Shown here piece by piece: positions 57,399 to 64,000 of a stretch of DNA of 64,000 nucleotides. Origin of the DNA: a virus; the IMG/VR virus record IMGVR_UViG_3300044684_000278, positions 1 through 64,000 of that record. One strand, given 5' to 3'. A model generated the notes under the pieces. The model had not been told where the DNA came from. It saw only the letters and a program-made list of their open reading frames with translations, and ran no database searches. Positions within the stretch are counted from its first letter, which is position 1, and each line of letters begins with the position of its first letter. The position numbers were made by a program, and so were the translations under genes.

Positions 57399-57701
57399 TT
57401 AGTCCTCATCATAGAGGATAGTGAACAACATTTTTTCTTCTAACTTTTCCAGCCCTGCATCCAGTTCACCGAAGATGCTATCCAGGCTGGACATTGACTC
57501 ATTATTGGCCCATTCCACACGGTATCCTTTTCCCAATTTTTCATTATACTTCTTGTCCCAGTCATCTATGTGATAAGTGTACTTGGTTCCGGCAGTACCT
57601 ACTTTTCCGTAGGTTGCCACGAACTGATTTCCACTAATCTCTTCCATTTCATAGAACTTATGACTGGAACCGTCCTTAAAAACGAGTCTTGCTTTTTTCA
57701 T
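57399..57701 (-). CDS. WGR-domain protein with shared-tail-like C-terminus
   Basis: SHKFYE...YGKVG..G...EKLGKGY; SSLDSIFGELDAGLEKLEEKM. Confidence 0.8.
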   Translation of the reverse strand: MKKARLVFKDGSSHKFYEMEEISGNQFVATYGKVGTAGTKYTYHIDDWDKKYNEKLGKGYRVEWANNESMSSLDSIFGELDAGLEKLEEKMLFTILYDED

Positions 57702-57702
57702 T

Positions 57703-58191
57703 TTACTGCTTGTATATAACTACTGTGACATCACAGTACGGAGCCAGTTCCTTCTGGATGATCTCTTTGATCCGATTCCAATCCCCACCGGCAAGTCCGG
57801 CACCGATCTGTGGTAGCCCTACACGCTTTTGAAAATAGCGTGAGGCCAGCTTACGCATAACCAGGGTCAGTGCCTCATAGTCAATATCTCCCTTGGGATT
57901 GCCATAACCAAACTGGGTGTAGGCATTCACTACATCCAGGAAGGATGTCTTGGGAGAGCTTCGGGCATCCAGTACAAACCGCATGGCTTCTATCTGTCCT
58001 ATCTTATTTACGTCCCCTTTGTACTCCTTGGCTTCCATCGGATAGGTATCCGTAGCAAAGGCAGCTACCATCTGGGTAGCCAGTCCTTTTTTCTGTGTAC
58101 AGAAACAGTTGCAGCCATGGGCTATGGCATCAAAATGACCCTCCCTGGCCAGGGTTATGAGGTTTCCCTCTACTTCATTGTATGTCCCCAT
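57703..58191 (-). CDS. Macrodomain (Poa1p/TARG1-like ADP-ribose-processing) protein
   Basis: GNL, IAHGCNC, N.YTQ, LPQIGAGLAGGDW. Confidence 0.88.
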   Translation of the reverse strand: MGTYNEVEGNLITLAREGHFDAIAHGCNCFCTQKKGLATQMVAAFATDTYPMEAKEYKGDVNKIGQIEAMRFVLDARSSPKTSFLDVVNAYTQFGYGNPKGDIDYEALTLVMRKLASRYFQKRVGLPQIGAGLAGGDWNRIKEIIQKELAPYCDVTVVIYKQ

Positions 58192-58233
58192 AGTGTAAGT
58201 TGTTCCGGTTGACCTCCACCGGAAGGATTAAGG

Positions 58234-59304
58234 TTAAAATACCAGTTTGTAGGTACGAAGCTGCTTCATGATCAGCTTGTTGTGTGGCACCTGCCATGGA
58301 TCTGATGGTTTGTTCTTCAGTTCCAGTACCATAATGCCTTCTTCCGGCTGGGTGATATTGCAGTCTGCAAAGACTACCCTTGTGGTGTAATCGAAAAGCG
58401 GACTTTCCATGTCATCCCACTGCTCATCTGTCCAGCCTTTAGGTTTACTTGGGTTATGACTCCTGGAAAACATGAAGCTTTCTGCATCACCCTGGATCTC
58501 CACATATTGCTGAAGCTGAATCTTCCCGTCAATCTCTTCAAAGAGCTCATACTTCTTTTTCTCACTTTCCAGGTTCAGGTGGGATCCGCATACCAGAGCG
58601 TCCTCGTTAAAGAGATTCATTTCTTTGATGAGGTTCACCAGCAGGTCAAACGTCTGCATGTTGATCTTCTTGAAGAACTGGTAGATGGACTCTCTGTGCT
58701 CTTTGTTGACCAGCATGTCATCAATCACTTCATCCATAGTGGCCTGATCCAGGTCTATGTAATCCTTACGGTATTTCACGCGGTTCAACCGGTTCATGAG
58801 AAAATTATTAATTCTCATCTCATTCACCGTAAGCAGGAAAATGAACCGGGTTGGATAGTTACCATCCATAAGCAACAGCAGATCATTGCTCTTCTCGTTG
58901 TTGGCATACACTTTTTCAAATTCATCAATGAAGATGATAGCATCCGGGAACTGGGTGATGTAATCAATAAAGTCACTACCAAAGAATGGTTCGGTGATCA
59001 TGATTACCGGTTTGTTTGCTTCTACACAGAACTTCTGTGCAGTAATAGTTTTACCAGAACCTTTCAGACCAGAGAGGATGATACCCATGTTTTTCTCAGA
59101 ATTCTCCTGGTATGATTTCAGCCAGCGGTGTACAATAGAGTGATCTCCATAGATCTTTTTAGGAAGCTTGAATGCTTCTTTCTTTACCAGGTAGTAGCCT
59201 TCTTTCGGGCTAAACTTGAGCATGTAGTTGCCTACCGGTAATTTGTCATGAGTGGCTGTTACGCTTGCTGTCGTGAAGACACCATTTGATTCAATGATTT
59301 TCAT
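58234..59304 (-). CDS. AAA+ ATPase (classical/BCS1-like clade)
   Basis: GLKGSGKT, FIDEFEK, LL.LMDG, NR..R. Confidence 0.85.
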   Translation of the reverse strand: MKIIESNGVFTTASVTATHDKLPVGNYMLKFSPKEGYYLVKKEAFKLPKKIYGDHSIVHRWLKSYQENSEKNMGIILSGLKGSGKTITAQKFCVEANKPVIMITEPFFGSDFIDYITQFPDAIIFIDEFEKVYANNEKSNDLLLLMDGNYPTRFIFLLTVNEMRINNFLMNRLNRVKYRKDYIDLDQATMDEVIDDMLVNKEHRESIYQFFKKINMQTFDLLVNLIKEMNLFNEDALVCGSHLNLESEKKKYELFEEIDGKIQLQQYVEIQGDAESFMFSRSHNPSKPKGWTDEQWDDMESPLFDYTTRVVFADCNITQPEEGIMVLELKNKPSDPWQVPHNKLIMKQLRTYKLVF

Positions 59305-59340
59305 ATAATTATCTGTACGGATTAAGTGGGGTGACAAAGC

Positions 59341-59370
59341 AATAGCCGGTAGCGGTTACCACCGGCTATA
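59341..59370 (-). terminator. Hairpin, probable terminator
   Basis: ATAGCCGGT...ACCGGCTAT. Confidence 0.6.
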
Positions 59371-59401
59371 AATAGTTTAAATGATGGTTAGTGTTACAGG
59401 T

Positions 59402-60190
59402 TTAGAGGCTTACCTCTTTAGTCTGTTTTTTCTCTGCAGGTGCAGTGATAAAGTGAGCATACCGGGCAAAGAAATCCTTTACCTTCTGCTCATCTGTGCA
59501 TTCTGCAGCAATAGTTTGTTTCTGCTTTCCGATGTAACGGAGCATGACATTGTGGTCGTAGGCTTTGCCCAAAGATCTTACTGTGTTCACAAACTCCTGG
59601 ATGAAGTACTTTTGACAAGTCCTTCCCATCTCCGGCATGAGTTTCATCACTTCTGATGTCTGGGAAACCAATAGTTCAGCGGGGCCCTCATTCACAACGG
59701 TAAAGGTTCCGGTCTTCAGGGCTGAGTTGATACGGTGACCGAAGAAAAAGCCTGTATTGCTTAAGATACCTGCTGCTATGGTGATCTCTATATCATACTT
59801 GTTATAGATAACCATCAGCTTGCGGTAGTCCGGCTTGATACTGCTCCAGGCATGGATGTAATCATCCAGCTTCCAGGATTTGGAGCTTGAGTTTAAAAGA
59901 GCAATGGTCTTCACCAGGTCCTCATAATTACTGATGCCATGGATGGTCACGTAAGGAATATCTATACCCAGTGCCATACAAGCTTCATACTTGTGCTGAC
60001 CCTCTATGATATAGGTTTCCTTCTTTCCGGTAATAAAGCTCAGTTCTGCTACAATGATTGCCTGAAGCATTCCTATTTCAGAGATGGATTTTTTCAGCTT
60101 GGCAATGTGTGCAGGGGCTGTTTCACGGTTGATCCCAACTAACTTCTTGAAGCCCTTCTTGGAATCCTTTTTGAGAATTTGGATGTTCAT
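59402..60190 (-). CDS. ParB/Srx N-terminal domain protein
   Basis: NR....HI..L..SI...G....IIV, IIEGQHK..AC. Confidence 0.75.
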   Translation of the reverse strand: MNIQILKKDSKKGFKKLVGINRETAPAHIAKLKKSISEIGMLQAIIVAELSFITGKKETYIIEGQHKYEACMALGIDIPYVTIHGISNYEDLVKTIALLNSSSKSWKLDDYIHAWSSIKPDYRKLMVIYNKYDIEITIAAGILSNTGFFFGHRINSALKTGTFTVVNEGPAELLVSQTSEVMKLMPEMGRTCQKYFIQEFVNTVRSLGKAYDHNVMLRYIGKQKQTIAAECTDEQKVKDFFARYAHFITAPAEKKQTKEVSL

Positions 60191-60198
60191 AGTTTATA

Positions 60199-60714
60199 CT
60201 AATTGTTACTTGTTTGCTTGTCTTTAAGCATTTGGATGAGCTCCTCCTTGGATTTACTCTTCAGGCTATCTTCAGCAGCAGCCTTCTCTCCGGTTACGGT
60301 CTCTTTCAGGGAGGTTTCCTTAATCTCTTCCTTAATCTTTGTCCTTAACAGTAACATGACTTCCGAAGGGATTTGTCTGGCAGAGGAATCACGGGTCACG
60401 AAATTGCCCACGGCTCCCCCAGCTATGATAATTAATGCATCCTTTTTAGAAGGAGTAATAGCCCATAAGATCCATAGAACAGTCATCATAGTAAAACAAA
60501 ACCAGAAGGTCCTGGAGGTATACTTTCTCCAAGTACGAGCTGATGTTTTATCGTCACTGGTACTGACTGAATCCACAGAAATAATAAATGTTACCCCATA
60601 AACAATTGCGGATATGATGCTGAAAGCCAGGAACCAGTTTGAAAAAATATCAAAAGTGTGCTTGGCACTATCTGCCATGGTCAGCCACCAGAATATTTTG
60701 TACCAGTTAGTCAT
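60199..60714 (-). CDS. Multi-TM membrane protein
   Basis: Two to three hydrophobic helices. Confidence 0.7.
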   Translation of the reverse strand: MTNWYKIFWWLTMADSAKHTFDIFSNWFLAFSIISAIVYGVTFIISVDSVSTSDDKTSARTWRKYTSRTFWFCFTMMTVLWILWAITPSKKDALIIIAGGAVGNFVTRDSSARQIPSEVMLLLRTKIKEEIKETSLKETVTGEKAAAEDSLKSKSKEELIQMLKDKQTSNN

Positions 60715-60988
60715 TGGGCAGTGCCTCCTTTCTGTCTTCCTTGTTAAGGGCCTTGTGAATGGCTTCTTCCATGGCAATGCAGTACTCAGTGGCATCAATA
60801 CAGGCCAGGAACAGAGCTACTATGCCTAAATCCATGGTGAGACCAGCTATCTTGTCACAGAGTTTTTCTATGAAATGGGTAGCAGTCCAATGCCATCCGT
60901 AAATAAATTGAAACAGGATTGTTTCAGCAATGTTGAAGTAGAGGCCCCACCTGACAAGCCAGGACCCTATTTTTAGTTTTTTCTTCAT
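60707..60988 (-). CDS. Two-TM membrane protein
   Basis: Hydrophobic segments. Confidence 0.6.
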   Translation of the reverse strand: MKKKLKIGSWLVRWGLYFNIAETILFQFIYGWHWTATHFIEKLCDKIAGLTMDLGIVALFLACIDATEYCIAMEEAIHKALNKEDRKEALPND

Positions 60989-61515
60989 GATACGGTTACT
61001 TGATTAAGTTCTTTCCACCGGGCAACGACAGACCTGCCAAGGTCCGTGTCCCACAGGACTGAATAATGAATATTGTCTTTTGCAGTATCCTGGTCTTTCT
61101 TACAGCACGCTTCCCTTCCCTGTTCCGGTTTAAGTCCCAGGTCATGCAGACCACAGAGGTTATCCTCTGTAAGCATGACACATTTTCCACTTGGATTCAG
61201 TGGAGCGTACCTGCCTCCGGTATGTTCGGACTTGTATTTCTTCTCCTCACCGGTTGCCCTGGCAATCATGGAGAGCATCATACTGAACATATCTGCCAGT
61301 TCACTATCTCCAAGACCCATATCTTCCGGGTAAATAGCCATGGTCAGCACATGTATATCATGCTTACCTTCTCCAATACCATGGTAGACATCACGCTGGA
61401 TGAGTCCTGCATATCCGGCATCCAGAAGCTTTGAAAATTCTTCCGGAGTACCCCAGCAGGGACGTTTATAACACATAGCTACTCCCTTAGAGCAGCCCGT
61501 ACAGGTAACTCCCAT
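60985..61515 (-). CDS. YkgJ-like Cys-cluster protein
   Basis: CTGC...C...PC and C.ML..D.LC.LH...KP motifs. Confidence 0.6.
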   Translation of the reverse strand: MGVTCTGCSKGVAMCYKRPCWGTPEEFSKLLDAGYAGLIQRDVYHGIGEGKHDIHVLTMAIYPEDMGLGDSELADMFSMMLSMIARATGEEKKYKSEHTGGRYAPLNPSGKCVMLTEDNLCGLHDLGLKPEQGREACCKKDQDTAKDNIHYSVLWDTDLGRSVVARWKELNQVTVS

Positions 61516-61559
61516 TACATTTAATAAGTTTAACGGTAAGACTTACAAACCTGTGAGGT

Positions 61560-61820
61560 TTACTTCAGTATCACAGTGACACTGGTAGACCTCTGGTCCA
61601 ATTGTGATCGGGTTATGATACCGGCTGCTTTCAATTCCTTCAGCCAGCGTTTAATGGTTGAATGACCCGCATTCAGCTCATCAGATAGACGGTTGATACC
61701 TGGATTACAGGTGTTGGTGACGCTGTCTTTGTAACAGCATAATAGTGCATAGAGGCTTTTTGCTCCTGGAGACAAGGAAGGATCAGCCAATACTTCTTTA
61801 CTGACCTTGCCAAAACCCAT
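61560..61820 (-). CDS. Winged-helix (HTH_36-like) protein
   Basis: LSPGAK.LY..L...C.P....L...L......TI.R.L.EL...G.I. Confidence 0.8.
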   Translation of the reverse strand: MGFGKVSKEVLADPSLSPGAKSLYALLCCYKDSVTNTCNPGINRLSDELNAGHSTIKRWLKELKAAGIITRSQLDQRSTSVTVILK

Positions 61821-61844
61821 AAAAGTGTGATTAAAATGGGTGAC

Positions 61845-62471
61845 CTATTGATCACCCATGTCTGGATCTTTTCCAAAAAGTTTTCCCAGCAGCTCATTGA
61901 GGTTGCCTTTGACACCGGACTTCTTCATACCCTGAATTTCAGAATCAATCTGGTCCATTTTGTCTTTGGGGCAAACCTTTTCTATGAACTTATCCCAGGT
62001 AAAATTGCTGTCCTTGATAGCTCTGATGGCCATTTGGATAGGAGCATACCGTGTTTTGGTAAACATATCCTCAATAACCATTCTCAGCCCTCTGACGAAT
62101 TTATCCTGAGCATCCTCTTCCTTCTTGTCTCCCTCGGGCTTCTTTTCGGATTTTTTGTTCTCCATTGCCTCAAGCTCTTCATAGAGCCCCAGCACTTCTG
62201 AACGGACATCCCTGAAGATCAATAGACAATAGGTCTGCTCTTCCGGGGTTCTCAGATGAGAAAAGGCCAGGTCAAGAGTGCCTGTTGCAGTGGTCAGCTC
62301 ATCCGGAGCCTCATCCGGGCTGTCATACAGGTCTTTAACCAGCATCCTGGCGGACAATGCCTCAAACAGGATGGCATTACTCACAAAGTTTCTCTGATAG
62401 AAAGAGAGACCCAGGGAATCTTCCCAGTTCTCTGCTTTGTGGTTCAATTTGGGTAGGATTAGCTTTTGCAT
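61845..62471 (-). CDS. Hypothetical protein
   Basis: 208-aa ORF downstream of a TCTACA cluster. Confidence 0.7.
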   Translation of the reverse strand: MQKLILPKLNHKAENWEDSLGLSFYQRNFVSNAILFEALSARMLVKDLYDSPDEAPDELTTATGTLDLAFSHLRTPEEQTYCLLIFRDVRSEVLGLYEELEAMENKKSEKKPEGDKKEEDAQDKFVRGLRMVIEDMFTKTRYAPIQMAIRAIKDSNFTWDKFIEKVCPKDKMDQIDSEIQGMKKSGVKGNLNELLGKLFGKDPDMGDQ

Positions 62472-62505
62472 TTCTTTTAAAGATTGGGTAAAAATAATAA
62501 GATTC

Positions 62506-62562
62506 TGTAGAATACCAAAAAACTTCTACAGTTTAAACCTAAAAAATGTAGAGTGGTCTACA
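62506..62562. promoter_or_regulatory. Cluster of four TCTACA/TGTAGA boxes in two inverted pairs
   Basis: Boxes at 62506, 62525, 62547 and 62557. Confidence 0.55.
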
Positions 62563-62568
62563 AAATGG

Positions 62569-62904
62569 TCATTTCAGCTTTTCAGCTAATTGGTCAAGTG
62601 CTTTTTCCAGGTCTTCCATGGAAGGTGGATTCTCATAGTAGGACAGCTCATAGAGTCCTTTTTTCTCACTTATGTAGTAGCTGCAATAATCGTTGGTATC
62701 ATCCCATTTAACTAAGGCTACGTCAGTATTAATTTGTGTAAGAGTTCCTCTTGGTTTAAAACCGGTATACTTTTCTTCCCAGAGGCCACCTTTTCTTTTT
62801 CCCCAGTCAGGGCCGGGCATGACACGTAATCCGACCTTTGCGTTCAACGGGGTAATGGGTTCTCCGTGATATATTACCTTGTCACAGGATTTAGGAAAGT
62901 ACAT
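62569..62904 (-). CDS. Mib/HERC2-like protein with shared tail
   Basis: VGLRVMPGPDW...VKWD...YEL...PSMEDLEKALDQLAEKL. Confidence 0.75.
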   Translation of the reverse strand: MYFPKSCDKVIYHGEPITPLNAKVGLRVMPGPDWGKRKGGLWEEKYTGFKPRGTLTQINTDVALVKWDDTNDYCSYYISEKKGLYELSYYENPPSMEDLEKALDQLAEKLK

Positions 62905-63205
62905 ATAAACTCCTTTCAAATTTTTCTTCCAATTTATCAAGGGCTTCTGTGAATTCATCCAGGGATGGCATATCCTCAACATAATACAGGTCATAAGAAT
63001 CCTTAGCTCCTGCACGGTAATCATTATCTATACAGTTATCTTCCCATTCTACAGTGACCCAACCAATAGATCCATACCTTTCCAACTCTACCAGCTTACC
63101 TATACCGGTTTTATCACCATCCTGGTCGCCCCATTCCCAGTCTTTACCCCGTTTTACACGAGCTCCTTTTTTATAGTTTTCAACTGTTACCGGTATCTCC
63201 ATCAT
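62891..63205 (-). CDS. Mib/HERC2-domain protein with shared tail
   Basis: GARVKRGKDWEWGDQDG...V.VEW...YR.G....YDL; PSLDEFTEALDKLEEKF. Confidence 0.82.
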   Translation of the reverse strand: MMEIPVTVENYKKGARVKRGKDWEWGDQDGDKTGIGKLVELERYGSIGWVTVEWEDNCIDNDYRAGAKDSYDLYYVEDMPSLDEFTEALDKLEEKFERSLYVLS

Positions 63206-63497
63206 TCCTCCTTTTCAGCTGGGAAGCAAGCCTGTTCAGAGCAGCTTCAATATCCTTAAACTCTACTTCGGGGTAGATCAGAGGAATCTTTCCAGACTTT
63301 ATCTGGTACCCTGGCCATATCCCTTTGGCAAGCTGTGGAAATCCTTTCCATTTTACCTGGATGATTTCTGAGTACTTGTGGATCTCTACAATCCTGCCCT
63401 TTTTTACTCCCTTAAACCGGGAATCGTGAGGTCCCCAGTCAGGGCCTGGAATTACTATGTCTCCAATTTTGGCAGTATTAACGTTAACTGGTTTCAT
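63180..63497 (-). CDS. Mib/HERC2-like protein with shared tail
   Basis: IGDIVIPGPDW...VKW...EFKDIEAALNRLASQL. Confidence 0.7.
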   Translation of the reverse strand: MKPVNVNTAKIGDIVIPGPDWGPHDSRFKGVKKGRIVEIHKYSEIIQVKWKGFPQLAKGIWPGYQIKSGKIPLIYPEVEFKDIEAALNRLASQLKRRNDGDTGNS

Positions 63498-63798
63498 GAT
63501 TTATCCTTTCTTGCTTTTCAATGAGTTTCTCCACTTCCTGGAATAAGGTTGTTAAATCCTCTGTAGTTGAATCATAGACTGCCAGTTCGTATTTTCCCGC
63601 CGCTCCAATTCGGTAAGAATAGTTGAATCCTCCTGGTTTCCACCTCACATCAGCATACCATCCGGCAATGTCATCACATACTTCGGTAATAATACCATAC
63701 TGACTAACACCAACGTGATGATTCTCCGAATGATTCCAATCAGGGCCTTTGCAGACTTTCATGCCTACAAAAGCATTTTCATGCGTCACCTTTTCCAT
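63484..63798 (-). CDS. Mib/HERC2-like protein with shared tail
   Basis: VGMKVCKGPDW...VRW...YRIG..GKYEL; TTEDLTTLFQEVEKLIEK. Confidence 0.75.
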   Translation of the reverse strand: MEKVTHENAFVGMKVCKGPDWNHSENHHVGVSQYGIITEVCDDIAGWYADVRWKPGGFNYSYRIGAAGKYELAVYDSTTEDLTTLFQEVEKLIEKQERINHETS

Positions 63799-63989
63799 AG
63801 AACTTTACTCATCAGATACAGTGTTTCTATAAATATCCTGGGGATACTCAGCAGGAACTTCTTGATCTTCCTGGGAAGACGTAGCAGCCAGGCTATCAGG
63901 TTACCATGCTTTTTACCCAGCATGATGTCTGCCTGGATCTGGTCCAGTCCATCCATGATCTGCTCAATGGTCTCCTGTTTCTTCTCCAC
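63786..63989 (-). CDS. Small protein with a tail-like helix at its N-terminus
   Basis: ETIEQIMDGLDQIQ followed by a basic amphipathic segment; GTG start. Confidence 0.5.
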   Translation of the reverse strand: MEKKQETIEQIMDGLDQIQADIMLGKKHGNLIAWLLRLPRKIKKFLLSIPRIFIETLYLMSKVLWKR

Positions 63990-64000
63990 TGTAGATTCAG

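Noticed and set aside
1-64000. Stop-codon reassignment (TAG/TGA), known in some crAss-like phages
   Set aside because: The giant late genes and all enzyme genes are intact in the standard code and coding density is high.

Overview
The window is about 64 kb of a lytic-looking but integrase-carrying phage genome, most consistent with a crAss-like (Crassvirales-related) virus of a Bacteroidota host, read in standard genetic code. It opens inside a giant virion RNA polymerase gene (SGSDFDIDK catalytic motif), followed by a second large ejected protein. A minus-strand nucleotide-metabolism and replication block follows (PolA, primase, DnaB, Sak4-like ATPase, nuclease, DnaA domain IV-like protein). 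Next come a plus-strand lysis cassette (holin-like, u-spanin-like, CHAP endolysin) and a long minus-strand accessory region. Five things stand out. (1) About 12 small SH3-like, Mib/HERC2-like or WGR proteins share one C-terminal amphipathic tail, and two groups of them sit directly upstream of two separate MoxR AAA+/VWA pairs, a candidate modular adaptor-chaperone system. (2) An intact attP (3' half of tRNA-Asp with arm repeats) lies beside a Bacteroidota-type tyrosine integrase. (3) A roughly 200-nt intergenic RNA can fold into a double pseudoknot. (4) Clustered TCTACA boxes resemble DnaA boxes. (5) The two giant proteins have only one Cys each, at their adjoining ends. All calls come from reading motifs by eye; no database search or folding program was run.
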